A stretch of 64,000 bases of DNA from an uncultured Candidatus Saccharibacteria bacterium (GCA_964532425.1 CAZHIA010000002.1:77945-141944); one strand, 5' to 3'. Shown: positions 29,173 through 39,249, counted from the first letter of the stretch. Notes: generated by a model from the letters alone, not told the origin. Numbers and translations are program-made.

Positions 29173-29517
29173 TTGGATGAAAGAACGGCAACTTATGGAG
29201 AGGCGATTATTGATTTCGCAAAGTTAATTCCGAAGAACGTGGTTACGTTGCCACTTATAAGCCAGTTTGTCAGAGCTGGGACGGCGATTGGCGCTTTGTA
29301 TTGTGAAGCAGATTGTGCGGAATCACGGAAAGATTTTGAGCATAAGATAGGAATTTGTAAAAAGGAAGCCAAAGAAACCAAACATTGGCTGCGAATGATA
29401 GCTCGAGCTGTACCTGAAATGAGAGAAAAGGCGATAGTGCTTTGGAAAGAGGCTCATGAGTTACAATTGATATTTATTACTATCGTTAGAAAACCCCGAA
29501 TACATGGCATTAAGTAA
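29173..29517 (+). CDS. Four helix bundle protein (23S rRNA IVP-like family)
   Basis: QFVRAGTAIGALYCEA...ESRKDFEHKIGICKKEAKETKHWL; flanked by inverted heptamer arrays; start codon uncertain. Confidence 0.88.
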   Translation: MDERTATYGEAIIDFAKLIPKNVVTLPLISQFVRAGTAIGALYCEADCAESRKDFEHKIGICKKEAKETKHWLRMIARAVPEMREKAIVLWKEAHELQLIFITIVRKPRIHGIK

Positions 29518-29559
29518 TTGCTCATTTTGTTGGAAATTGGGTTTTGGAAATTAGAAATT

Positions 29560-30588
29560 ATGAATCTAATCTTATTAGAAGAGAAAGACAAAAAAATATA
29601 CAACGGCTTTGTTGCCCAGCAAACCAGCGGATCGTTTCTACAAAGTTGGGAGTGGGGGGAGTGGCAAGAGGTTTTGGGCAGGGAAGTAAAGAGGTTCAGT
29701 TTTCAGGATAAAAGCGGGGAAATGGCCGGGGTGGTGCAATTAGTCCGTATGCCGCTGGGGCTGGGGAGGTTTTATTGGTATGCGCCGTATGGACCGATAT
29801 TAAATTCAAAATTTAAAATTCAAAATTTAAAATTGCTACTGAAGGATGTATTTGGAGGAGCGGTATTTATCAGAATTGAGCCAACAGTAGACGAATCTTT
29901 AATTTTAAATCTTAAATCTTTAAATAAGTCAGTAAACATCCAGCCTGCTAAGACATTAGTTGTTGATCTCGCGAAGCCTGATGATCAGCTGTTGTCAGAG
30001 ATGCACGCCAAGACCCGGTACAACATCAAACTGGCGCAGCGGCATGGGGTCCTGGTAGAGGATGAATTTGCCGTTTCCGCCGGGCATGGCCTGTATTTTG
30101 ACGAAGCACTGCAGTTGATTATGGAGACCGCCTCGCGCCAGCAGTTCGTTACCCACGGGCTGGAGTACTACAAACAAATGGTTGATTTTTTTGCGCTTCA
30201 GAAACGCGGAGAATTGAAATTGCATATTTACAAATCAGTCTATAAAAAGCAATTGCTTTCCGCCGCCATTATGATCGATTTTGGCAGCACGCGGACCTAT
30301 TTGTTTGGCGGATCAAGCCATGAGCATAAAGAGGTAATGGCTCCGTATGCCTTGCACTGGCAGGCCGTTCGCGATGCGCGGGCAGCCGGGCTAACCCGAT
30401 ACGATTTTTGGGGGATCGAGACCGCATCCGGCGAAACACCGGGGTTTGTACGGTTCAAATTGGGTTTTGGCGGGCAGCAGTATGAGTATCCGGGTGCATA
30501 CGATCTGGTTCTGCAGCCGTTGTTGTACCGCATGTATGGTATAATGAGGGCAGGGAACAGACTCATGAGACATAGAAACAGACATTAA
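29560..30588 (+). CDS. FemABX/FemX-family peptidoglycan peptidyltransferase
   Basis: SFLQSWEWG, YAPYGP, KTRYNIKLA, YDFWGI and RFKLGFGG. Confidence 0.92.
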   Translation: MNLILLEEKDKKIYNGFVAQQTSGSFLQSWEWGEWQEVLGREVKRFSFQDKSGEMAGVVQLVRMPLGLGRFYWYAPYGPILNSKFKIQNLKLLLKDVFGGAVFIRIEPTVDESLILNLKSLNKSVNIQPAKTLVVDLAKPDDQLLSEMHAKTRYNIKLAQRHGVLVEDEFAVSAGHGLYFDEALQLIMETASRQQFVTHGLEYYKQMVDFFALQKRGELKLHIYKSVYKKQLLSAAIMIDFGSTRTYLFGGSSHEHKEVMAPYALHWQAVRDARAAGLTRYDFWGIETASGETPGFVRFKLGFGGQQYEYPGAYDLVLQPLLYRMYGIMRAGNRLMRHRNRH

Positions 30589-30687
30589 TTGACAAAAATG
30601 ACAAAATTGAACAAAAATGACAAAAATAGATTGCAGCTGGGCGTTCAAATTTTGTCAATTTTGTCATTTTTTTAATTTTTGTCATTT
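30587..30687. repeat. Inverted AAAATTGAC-unit element, copy A
   Basis: Tandem 9-10-mer arms around the core gattgcagctgggcgttc; homologous to 38055-38156. Confidence 0.8.
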
Positions 30688-30692
30688 CTCTT

Positions 30693-31442
30693 ATGCTTTT
30701 CAACAAACAAAAATCCAAAAAGCCGGCATTCTTCGTTCCTGACGGGCAGTCCATTCCGACTTCCGAATTGGAGAAACACGAGAAGGTCTACCATCGCAAG
30801 ATCAAAGAGACTTCGCCATGGACGATTTTCGAAATAATCAGCGAGTTCGTTCGCGGATTTGATTTTCTTCGTCGTTACAAGAAAGCAGTATCATTTTACG
30901 GAACGGCCCGATCTGGGTTTAGCCAGGATATTTATCGCGAAGCCACGGAACTGGCCTTCAAATTGTCCAAAGCTGGCTTTGCCATCATTTCCGGTGGCGG
31001 CCCGGGTATAATGGAAGCGGCAAACAAGGGCGCGTTCGATGCGGGCGGGCACAGCGTGGGCATTAATATTCGCCTGCCGAATGAGCAGCGCACCAATCCG
31101 TACGTGACCGAGTCGGAAAGCTTTTCGTTCTTTTTTACGCGCAAGGTCATGCTGGAGTTTGCCTCTCACATCTACATCTTCTTCCCCGGCGGTTTTGGTA
31201 CTTTGGATGAATTATTTGAGATGGTGACCTTGATCCAGACCAAAAAGACCAAGCCAATTCCTATCATCCTTGTTGGCAGGAAATTCTGGACCCCATTGCT
31301 GGAATGGATCGAAAAGACCGTTTGTGAAGAGAATCATGCCATTGACCCGGAAGATATGGAAATTTATCATCTCGTCGATACTGCAGAAGAAGCATACGAT
31401 TATATAAAGAAGATTTCGAAGGATAAACATTTGTTCAACTGA
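30693..31442 (+). CDS. LOG family (TIGR00730) Rossmann-fold nucleotide phosphoribohydrolase
   Basis: [19 protein letters not shown] and [12 protein letters not shown]. Confidence 0.93.
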   Translation: MLFNKQKSKKPAFFVPDGQSIPTSELEKHEKVYHRKIKETSPWTIFEIISEFVRGFDFLRRYKKAVSFYGTARSGFSQDIYREATELAFKLSKAGFAIISGGGPGIMEAANKGAFDAGGHSVGINIRLPNEQRTNPYVTESESFSFFFTRKVMLEFASHIYIFFPGGFGTLDELFEMVTLIQTKKTKPIPIILVGRKFWTPLLEWIEKTVCEENHAIDPEDMEIYHLVDTAEEAYDYIKKISKDKHLFN

Positions 31443-31583
31443 CCACCCTTTGGGTGGTCATCCCGGACCTCGATCCGGGATCCAGGTTACGGAAAACTAC
31501 AAAAAAATACCCGCAGCAAGAGCTGCGGGTATTAAAATTCCTCCACGGGGACCACGGGGACCATGGAGGAATTTTGGATTGGG

Positions 31584-32033
31584 TTATCTGCCCGCATCCA
31601 GTAACGGCTGGATTCGCTCGAGCAGAGCGGGAAAAGTATTGGTAGCGAGTTCTAAAAATAAACCGAGGTTTTTCCTCACGCGGGCCACGTTCTTCATCTC
31701 AAACGCTACTGCGCCGCGCTTGGTGCTGTATACTTGTTCGTTCTCGGTGGTTTGAGTGAACTGACACTCGGCATTGACTCTCAATGAGGAAGATCCCCAG
31801 GAAACAGGTTCTATTACGAGCACCCATTTGCAGTCCTCATTTTCGAGCTCTTTCGTCACTGGTTTTAAACTCCGAGAGTCGTAGTTTTTTGGGAGGTGGG
31901 CGCGCAGGTCCCGTTCTGTGGTTAAACTGAGGGTGGTGCTTGTAACCAGCTCAATCTCGTGGCGCATCCGGTTGATGTTGGGAGAACCGACCACTATTTC
32001 ATCGGCCATGTAGTCAAACTTCGTCTTTCCCAT
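31584..32033 (-). CDS. Hypothetical protein
   Basis: SD AAGGAGG; 149 aa. Confidence 0.7.
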   Translation of the reverse strand: MGKTKFDYMADEIVVGSPNINRMRHEIELVTSTTLSLTTERDLRAHLPKNYDSRSLKPVTKELENEDCKWVLVIEPVSWGSSSLRVNAECQFTQTTENEQVYSTKRGAVAFEMKNVARVRKNLGLFLELATNTFPALLERIQPLLDAGR

Positions 32034-32262
32034 ATTTCCTCCTTTTTCAGAGACCCTTTCGGGTTTGCCTTTTCAGGCATGTCTGGCTTTCCAGACACCT
32101 TATTTAAGCATTATTATCCAGAACATTCAAGGGGAGGGCTGGTCATTTATGGGGTGGGTGAATAGGATAAAGAGTTGAATGGGGGAGATGGGGAAAAGAG
32201 ACAAATTAAAACCCTCTCGCGAGAGAGGGTTTAACTATAAGCTATAACCTGCTACCTATAAG

Positions 32263-34866
32263 CTATTTCATTACCAGCTTCCCGTCCACCAAATCGATCA
32301 CCGCGCTGGTGCCGCGGGTAAGGCGGCGGGAGAGGAGGAGTTTGGCCAAAAAGCCTTCAACGTGGTCCTGGATGTAGCGGCGAATGGGACGTGCGCCGAG
32401 CGTCGGATCAAATGCATTGCTGGCAATGTCTGCCAGGACGCTTTGGGAGAACTCGATCTTGACGCCTTTGTCGTGCATCTGCTGGCGCAGGTATTGGAGC
32501 TGGAGATAGGCAATGCGCTGAACTTCTTGCTGGTTGAGCGGCGAAAACAGGATGACGCCGTCAAAGCGGTTTAAGAGTTCCGGCGGATACTTGGTAGTCA
32601 GGACCGTGTTGAATAGCTCGGTTTTGATTTGATCCAGTGTCTTACCGGCTTTAATGCCTGCCTGAATCTCGAGTGTACCGGCGTTGCTGGTGGCTATGAT
32701 CATGGCATGGGTCAGGTCTAGCGTATCACCCCTGCCGGAGGTCAGGCGTCCGTCTTCAAGAATTTGTAAAAATAGATTCAGCACTTCGGGGCTGGCCTTT
32801 TCAAACTCATCGCAGAGCAGAAGACAGAACGGATAGTTTTTTAGGTGCTGGACCAGCGGCGTGTCTGTCTCGCTTTCGGCGGAGCCGAGTAGTTTATTTA
32901 AACCTCCTTCTCCGCGATACTCGGACATGTCGAGCCTCAGTAGGAATTTTTCTTCGCCAAAGTACGTTCGGGCAAGTGTCTTCGCTAATTCGGTCTTGCC
33001 GACGCCGGTGGGGCCTAAAAATAGAAACGAGGCGACGGGGCGGTTTCCCGAAGCGAGTCCTGAGCGGGAGCGGCGCAAGCCTTCGGCGACCGCTTCCACA
33101 GCCTGGCGTTGGCCGACGACGTATTTACCGATCTCCTCTTCGAGTTTGAGCAGTTTTTCCGCTTCTGTCTCCGTAAAGGTCTCGGCAGGAATATGGGTGC
33201 GGTCACTGATTATTTTCTGGATTACTTCCGTCGTGATGGGCTTGCCTTTGTCCGCGGAATTTTTCATTCTGTGAGCGGCTTCCACTAAAACGCTAATGGC
33301 TTTCTGCGGCTGGCCCGTGTCTTTAAGATAGACGTCGGTAAGATTCACTGCTTGTTCAATGGCATGGTAATCAAAAAAACAGTGGTTTTGGGATTCCAGA
33401 AGGGAAGCCCTTATGCAACTGGCTAGCAGCACACCGGCGCGTCCAAGATCTTGGAGCTCGTAGCTGGTAAAGATTTGGTCGAAATTAGCTGCCGGGTGCA
33501 AATAATCAGTGTAGTCCTCAAGCGTGGTGGTGCCGATAACCAGCAGGGTGCCTTGTTCGAGGAAATTAACAAGGAGATCTAACAAACTTAAGCCTTCGGT
33601 GGTCTGCGCGCGCGCAAGTTGGGTAAGGTCCTCGATGACTACCACGATATTGCCGGCGCGGACCGCTTCGGTCAGGACCTCGCTGAACACTTCTTCCGCT
33701 TTGCTGGGAGTGCCCATAATGCCGGAAATTTCCAGCTTGACCAGACGCTTGTCCTGGAGTCCGGCCGGAACCTGCTCAGTGGCCATCTTGTAAGCAAGCT
33801 CATTGACCAGCGTGGTGCGGCCGGTGCCCTCGGCTCCCTTAATCACCAGGTTTTGCAGGCCTCCGTTCATCAACTTAAAGATTTCAGTCAAGTCGTTTTG
33901 CCGTCCGAGTGCGACCGGAAGCTGACCGTACTTGGCAGCCATGGTCAGATCTTGGCTGAAGTTATCCAAAAAGTGGGTAGGAACAGAGGTAAAACCGCGG
34001 TTGATTTCGTCATCAGGTTTGTATTTTGCCAATTTTTCAAAGAGGCGCAACTGCTCGCGCAATAGCCGTACGTTAAAGCCCCAGCTAGCCAGAATTTCCA
34101 ACTTTTCCAGGGTTAGGTCAATATTGAAGAAAACATCCTGAATAATGTGGCCGTCAGGCAAATCGATGCTCAGCGCGCAGAGCAGCATAAGCGGGTCAAT
34201 AACCGGGTTGTGGAGTTTGAGGCTTTCGGTAAAGGCGAGAAAAGGAATGCGGTCGAGCGGCAGGTTGGTCTGGGCATTGCTGTTAATCTTCAGATAATTA
34301 CCAACGAACGTTTTGATGTCTGTGGCGGAAACGCCAAGGCGGAGGAAAAGCAGTTGGACAGTATCATGGGAGAGCAGGGACAGGAATAGGTCACAGACGC
34401 CTGGTTGGTCTGCTCCGCGCTTGCGCGCCAGATGGAAGCTATAGTCCCAGCAGTGTTTGGCTGCGCTATCGAACGCCGCGTAGACATCGTGCTCGGTATT
34501 GGAAGTGTCGGCGATAGTGGTTACATTTACCTCTTGCCGGCTGGCTTGTTCGTGCTGCATGTCCGCCCAGAAATAAAGGGCAGCAAGCAGCCCTATCCAT
34601 ACACCGAGCATGAGAAAATTATGTTCCAACAGGAACCAGTAACGGTGAGCGGGGAGAGCCTGATAGGTAGCGTAGGCGAGGCTCAAGCAGCCAAGCAAGA
34701 CCAGCAGCAGCGCAGCGGAACGGATGGTTATGGCAAATATCCTGGTCGATCGGCGCGCAGCGACGCTGCTCAAATGCAGCGAGCCGGTAAATTCTAAAGC
34801 TTGGCCGTTGTAATCGGCGGCGAGAGGCCAGGCACCCGTGCTGGGTTTGTATTGAAGTTCGGCCAT
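32263..34866 (-). CDS. Membrane-anchored ClpA/ClpB-like AAA+ ATPase
   Basis: Two N-terminal TM helices and a Clp-N-like region; NBD1 GAEGTGRTT; NBD2 FLGPTGVGKTELAK, DEFEKA, PELLNRFD and GARPIRR. Confidence 0.9.
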   Translation of the reverse strand: MAELQYKPSTGAWPLAADYNGQALEFTGSLHLSSVAARRSTRIFAITIRSAALLLVLLGCLSLAYATYQALPAHRYWFLLEHNFLMLGVWIGLLAALYFWADMQHEQASRQEVNVTTIADTSNTEHDVYAAFDSAAKHCWDYSFHLARKRGADQPGVCDLFLSLLSHDTVQLLFLRLGVSATDIKTFVGNYLKINSNAQTNLPLDRIPFLAFTESLKLHNPVIDPLMLLCALSIDLPDGHIIQDVFFNIDLTLEKLEILASWGFNVRLLREQLRLFEKLAKYKPDDEINRGFTSVPTHFLDNFSQDLTMAAKYGQLPVALGRQNDLTEIFKLMNGGLQNLVIKGAEGTGRTTLVNELAYKMATEQVPAGLQDKRLVKLEISGIMGTPSKAEEVFSEVLTEAVRAGNIVVVIEDLTQLARAQTTEGLSLLDLLVNFLEQGTLLVIGTTTLEDYTDYLHPAANFDQIFTSYELQDLGRAGVLLASCIRASLLESQNHCFFDYHAIEQAVNLTDVYLKDTGQPQKAISVLVEAAHRMKNSADKGKPITTEVIQKIISDRTHIPAETFTETEAEKLLKLEEEIGKYVVGQRQAVEAVAEGLRRSRSGLASGNRPVASFLFLGPTGVGKTELAKTLARTYFGEEKFLLRLDMSEYRGEGGLNKLLGSAESETDTPLVQHLKNYPFCLLLCDEFEKASPEVLNLFLQILEDGRLTSGRGDTLDLTHAMIIATSNAGTLEIQAGIKAGKTLDQIKTELFNTVLTTKYPPELLNRFDGVILFSPLNQQEVQRIAYLQLQYLRQQMHDKGVKIEFSQSVLADIASNAFDPTLGARPIRRYIQDHVEGFLAKLLLSRRLTRGTSAVIDLVDGKLVMK

Positions 34867-34871
34867 ATGCG

Positions 34872-35249
34872 CTATATCGGAAACAGTTGATAAATGATCA
34901 TAATAATTGCTGCAGGAAAAACGATAAGGTAGAGCAGGAAGCCAAGGCTTACCCAGAGGAATCGCAGGGAAAAGACGCCCAGCTTAAAAACGAGCAGGAC
35001 TGGGCGGAGGAACATGGCCATGATCATGCCTGACTTGGTATAGTCGCCGAACATCGGCTCTTTCCAATGTTTGGCGAAAATGAGTAATCCGGTGCGGTGG
35101 AGCGACAAGCGAATGGATCGCGAAGCCCAATCGCTCACGAGGCGAACACCCGTGGTGTACCACCACAGGGGAAAGGTCAAAAGATTGAAGGGTAGATTTC
35201 CCATGTATTTTAGTTTCTGGAGAAGTTTTTGAGTAATTCTATTATACAA
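34872..35249 (-). CDS. Small membrane protein coupled to the Clp-like ATPase
   Basis: FPLWWYTTG, PMFGDYT and hydrophobic segments; 5 nt from the next gene. Confidence 0.8.
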   Translation of the reverse strand: MYNRITQKLLQKLKYMGNLPFNLLTFPLWWYTTGVRLVSDWASRSIRLSLHRTGLLIFAKHWKEPMFGDYTKSGMIMAMFLRPVLLVFKLGVFSLRFLWVSLGFLLYLIVFPAAIIMIIYQLFPI

Positions 35250-35467
35250 TTATTTTACGAATTCTCCAAACAGCAAGTCAAGCTTCGGTGTACGTTATTC
35301 GGCAGAGCGGCGCGTATCGGAGCATGGTAGTCGGCTCGCGGCCGTTAACCGTCAGAAGTCAATCGATATGCGCGGCGCTGCCGTAAACCGCAAGCCGGAT
35401 TTTCAGGTGCCAAAGAGCTCCTTTGGCATGCTTCCTTGTCTCCCGTGTTATACGGTATACTAAGAAC

Positions 35468-36796
35468 ATGGAATTTATCAAAAAACTCTTTCCCTCCAAA
35501 CTGTTAAAATGGCTTCGCCCGCAGTATCATGGCCTGGTTGCAAATCTGGCCAATGTTTATTTTGGCCGACCGTCTCAGCGGCTGATCGTCATTGGCGTAA
35601 CCGGGACGAACGGCAAAAGCACGACCGTTAATCTGATTGCGCGAATTCTGGAAGCGGCCGGTTACAAGGTCGGTTATACGTCCACGGTCAATTATAAAAT
35701 TTCCGGCACCGAACAGCTCAATACTTTAAAAATGACCATGCCATCGGGGTGGTTATTGCAGAAGTGGATGAAGCAAATGGCGGACGCGGGCTGCCAGTAT
35801 GCCATATTGGAAATTTCCAGCGAAGGCCTGGTTCAGAACCGGCATTTGGGCATTCAGTTTGATGTTGCGGTGTTTACCAACCTGACTCCTGAGCATATTG
35901 AATCGCACGGCGGGTTTGAGAATTACAAAGCAGCTAAGGGCAAGTTGTTTGAAGCAGTCAGTGAGTTTCAGGTTTCAAGGGAAAAGTTAAAAGTTAATCC
36001 AGCCTTGAAAAAGACCGTTGTAACGAATGCGGATGATGAACATGCGGAATTCTATGCATCGTTTCCGGCCGATGTTCATTTGACGTATGGGATAGAAAAA
36101 CCAGCTGATTACCGTGCATCGGATATCGAGTATTCACCGCAAGGAATCTCCTATAAGCTGAAAGCTATAACCTATAACCTTCAGCTGAAGGGTTTATTCG
36201 ATGTCTATAACTCTTTGGCTGCCATAGCCACAGCGGAAGCGATGGGGATCAGTCTGCCAGTCAGCCAAGCGGCATTGCAGGCGGTACCGGTCGTACCGGG
36301 ACGGATGGAAGTGCTGCAGCAGCGTCCGTATACCGTTCTGGTTGATTATGCGCCGGAGCCGTATTCGCTCCGCGCCTTGTATGGCACAATCCAGCATTGG
36401 CCAAAGCACCGGCTTATCCATATTTTGGGCAGCACCGGCGGCGGGCGGGATCGCGGTCGCAGGGAAATTTTGGGACAGATGGCGGGTGAGACGGCTGATA
36501 TCGTAATTGTGACCAATGAGGATCCGTATGATGATGATCCTTTGGAAATTATCGACGAGGTGGCAGCAGGAGCACTCGAGAAAGGGAAGATATTAGATCA
36601 GAACTTGTATAAAGTCCCGGACCGCCGCGCGGCTATTGCCAAGGCAGTACAGATGGCGCGCGAGGATGACCTGCTCTTAGTGACCGGTAAGGGGTCGGAA
36701 CAAAAAATGGCCGTTGCCCATGGCCGGTATATTGATTGGGATGATAGAAAAGTTATTCAGCAAGAACTGAAAAAACATTTGACCATTAACATGTGA
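35468..36796 (+). CDS. murE: UDP-N-acetylmuramoyl-tripeptide synthetase
   Basis: GVTGTNGKSTT, EISSEG, FTNLTPEHI, VPGRME, VDYA and GKGSE. Confidence 0.92.
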   Translation: MEFIKKLFPSKLLKWLRPQYHGLVANLANVYFGRPSQRLIVIGVTGTNGKSTTVNLIARILEAAGYKVGYTSTVNYKISGTEQLNTLKMTMPSGWLLQKWMKQMADAGCQYAILEISSEGLVQNRHLGIQFDVAVFTNLTPEHIESHGGFENYKAAKGKLFEAVSEFQVSREKLKVNPALKKTVVTNADDEHAEFYASFPADVHLTYGIEKPADYRASDIEYSPQGISYKLKAITYNLQLKGLFDVYNSLAAIATAEAMGISLPVSQAALQAVPVVPGRMEVLQQRPYTVLVDYAPEPYSLRALYGTIQHWPKHRLIHILGSTGGGRDRGRREILGQMAGETADIVIVTNEDPYDDDPLEIIDEVAAGALEKGKILDQNLYKVPDRRAAIAKAVQMAREDDLLLVTGKGSEQKMAVAHGRYIDWDDRKVIQQELKKHLTINM

Positions 36797-36846
36797 CCGC
36801 TTGCAAATGAGTCAAATGTCAAAGGTTAAATGTTAAATGTAATTCT

Positions 36847-37182
36847 ATGATTCTTTTTATCGATTCTACCGACTATCAAAGCGTGATGTATGCGGCTGCC
36901 GGAGAAAAGTTTATCGAGCACCGTTTCCCCATTGATCCGCACGAAAGCCATAAGGCGCTCAAAGATTTGGAAGGATTTCTGAAAAAGAACCGCATCGGCC
37001 GGGACACGCTGCAAGAGATTGTCGTCTGTTCCGGCCCAGGCAGTTACACCGGCGTGCGCGTCGGGCTAGCGCATGCCAAGGCGCTGGGGTTGGCTTGGAG
37101 TGTAAAGGTAACCGAGCTCGAGAAAAAGAAATTTGATATAAAAATGGGCAAGACTGCAAAGACGATCGTTGTAAAGAAATAA
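36847..37182 (+). CDS. tsaB: Short TsaB (N-terminal domain only)
   Basis: MILFIDST and GPGSYTGVRVG; only 111 aa. Confidence 0.85.
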   Translation: MILFIDSTDYQSVMYAAAGEKFIEHRFPIDPHESHKALKDLEGFLKKNRIGRDTLQEIVVCSGPGSYTGVRVGLAHAKALGLAWSVKVTELEKKKFDIKMGKTAKTIVVKK

Positions 37183-37245
37183 GCCGTTTATTATCCTGGA
37201 TTTTGTAGGGGACGGTCGAGACCGTCCCGTATCCGAAGGTGCATG

Positions 37246-37289
37246 TTACAAAAGACTCCCCTGTGTATACACAGGGGAGTCTTTTGTAA
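37246..37289. terminator. Perfect 44-bp palindrome, probable bidirectional terminator
   Basis: ttacaaaagactcccctgtgta|tacacaggggagtcttttgtaa between convergent genes. Confidence 0.8.
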
Positions 37290-37295
37290 TGACTG

Positions 37296-38048
37296 CTATT
37301 CTTCTTTTAGCTTGAACACCCGGACCACGATGGCCAGCAGCAGGGCCAGCCACAACGCGATGATTGCCATGTCCTTGCCGATCACTTGCAGGTTAAAGGG
37401 GTACAGGTAGGCCTGCCGGAAGCCGTCTGCCAGGTAAGTGATGGGCAGGAGCTTGGCGATGATTTGGAGCGGGTGGGGGAGAACGGATATCGAATAAAAA
37501 ATGTTAGTCAAAAACAGTAGCGGCATACCAATGGCAGAGGTGACCGGGGCAGCTGTTTCATAAGATTTTGCATAGTTGGCAATCAGCAAGCCGATCAGGA
37601 GGAAGATGGGACCGCCGAGTAGGATCAGAAATAGAATAGAGAGGATGTTGCCGGCGAACTTGGCGTGGAAAAAGACGACGCCGATGAGGGTCAGGAGAAT
37701 GACCTGGAGAACCATCTGTACCAGCCGGGACGCGATGAGGCTCATTATAAGCTGCCGGGTGTTGATCGGAGTGACAAGTAGACGCTTGATGACCCCTTGG
37801 GACTTCATATCAATCATCCAGTAAGCTAGGCCGTAGATGCCGCCCTGCATGATGCCCATGGCAATAATGCCGGGTAACAAAAAGTCGCTGTAGCGGGCTT
37901 CGTTCGTGTTCACGAATCTTCCAACCGGGAGCATCGAGACCGCAATGTAAATAAATCCCGGCATAGCCACGGTCCAAAAGAACCCGGACTTATTGCGGTA
38001 GAGGATCTTGATATTGGCGAGGAAAAGCTGGGAGAAAGAGGACTTCAT
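37296..38048 (-). CDS. ABC-2 type transporter permease
   Basis: Six TM segments, FLLPGIIAM and LPITY; likely ATG at 38048. Confidence 0.92.
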   Translation of the reverse strand: MKSSFSQLFLANIKILYRNKSGFFWTVAMPGFIYIAVSMLPVGRFVNTNEARYSDFLLPGIIAMGIMQGGIYGLAYWMIDMKSQGVIKRLLVTPINTRQLIMSLIASRLVQMVLQVILLTLIGVVFFHAKFAGNILSILFLILLGGPIFLLIGLLIANYAKSYETAAPVTSAIGMPLLFLTNIFYSISVLPHPLQIIAKLLPITYLADGFRQAYLYPFNLQVIGKDMAIIALWLALLLAIVVRVFKLKEE

Positions 38049-38054
38049 AAAAGG

Positions 38055-38156
38055 AATTGAACAAAATTTAAAAAATTGACAAAATTGACAAAAATAAACT
38101 GCAGCTTGGTTTCCTAATTTTGTCAATTTTGTTCAATTTTGTCATTTTTGTCAATT
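38055..38156. repeat. Inverted AAAATTGAC-unit element, copy B
   Basis: Same arms as copy A with the related core aactgcagcttggtttcc. Confidence 0.8.
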
Positions 38157-38158
38157 AG

Positions 38159-39100
38159 TTAGTCTTCATACTCATGCCCCGTGAGCTGCAAATAAACGTC
38201 TTCGAGGCTGGCGGTGCGCACGGTGAAGCCGGAGAAGTTTACCTGGTGGTCCTTCAGGATTTGGACAATGCGGGAGATGTTGTCGAGGGTGGTTAGTTCA
38301 ATGGTAATGCGCGGTGGCTCGGGGTAGATCTTTTTTATATCTACGACTTCGGAAAACCAGGCAGGGTCCACGCTTTCTCCAGCCAGGAAGGTGACCTGGG
38401 TACAGTCAGTTAGGCGCTCAATCAGGGTCTTTGGCTGGTCGATTTCCAAAATTTTACCCTGGTCCAATATGGCCACGCGGTGACAGAGAAATTCGGCTTC
38501 TTCCATAAAATGGGTGGTCAGGACCACGGTCGTACCGCGGCTATTGATTTCTTTGATAAGTTTCCACATTTGGCGTCGGGCAGCCGGGTCCAGGCCGGTG
38601 GTGGGCTCATCCAGGAAAATTATTTCCGGCTCGTTGACGAGGGATGAAGCTATGGTAAAGCGCTGCTTCTGTCCGCCGGACAATTTGTCTACGCGTTCAT
38701 TCTTTTTATCAGTAAGATCGACCAGTTCAAGCAACCGGTCGCAGTCAGCCGATCTGCCGTAGAGGGAGGCGAATAAAGTCAGCAGTTCAGCGAGAGTCAG
38801 GTAGGGGAGATAGTCCGAGCTCTGCAATTGGACGCCGATACGGCGCCGAATTTCTTCGGCCTGTCGCAGATTGTCGAGGCCTAAGACATTGACCGTACCG
38901 GCGGACTGTTGTTTGATGCCCTCAATAATCTCCAGTGTTGTGGTCTTACCTGCGCCGTTCGGTCCTAGAATACCGAAGATCTCTCCCTTTTCCACGGAAA
39001 ATGAAATCCCTTTGACCGCCTCAAAAAATCGCTGCCCGCCCTTCGGCCGGCTCAGGCGGTAGGTCTTTTTCAGATCGGTGATGGTAATTACGTTAGGCAT
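38159..39100 (-). CDS. ABC transporter ATP-binding protein (DrrA-like)
   Basis: GPNGAGKTT, LSGGQ, FLDEPTTGLD and TTHFMEEA. Confidence 0.95.
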   Translation of the reverse strand: MPNVITITDLKKTYRLSRPKGGQRFFEAVKGISFSVEKGEIFGILGPNGAGKTTTLEIIEGIKQQSAGTVNVLGLDNLRQAEEIRRRIGVQLQSSDYLPYLTLAELLTLFASLYGRSADCDRLLELVDLTDKKNERVDKLSGGQKQRFTIASSLVNEPEIIFLDEPTTGLDPAARRQMWKLIKEINSRGTTVVLTTHFMEEAEFLCHRVAILDQGKILEIDQPKTLIERLTDCTQVTFLAGESVDPAWFSEVVDIKKIYPEPPRITIELTTLDNISRIVQILKDHQVNFSGFTVRTASLEDVYLQLTGHEYED

Positions 39101-39220
39101 ATAGGTATTATAGCATTTGGCTTATTTCCATAGGGGGTAATAGTAAAACTTTGCTTGTTTATGAACTAAATGTAGATATTGATTAAAATAAGCCATATTT
39201 ATAGAATTTACCCTTATCTA

Positions 39221-39249
39221 TTGACAAAAGTACAGAAATAATGTATAAT
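39221..39249 (+). promoter_or_regulatory. Consensus sigma70 promoter
   Basis: TTGACA-17 nt-TATAAT with an AT-rich upstream region. Confidence 0.85.

Noticed and set aside
35320-35395. GC-rich hairpin in the divergent region before murE
   Set aside because: Single imperfect stem with no second copy or other support
36847-37182. tsaB as a pseudogene
   Set aside because: Clean start and stop, intact GPGSYTG motif and no downstream remnant; a short form is more likely
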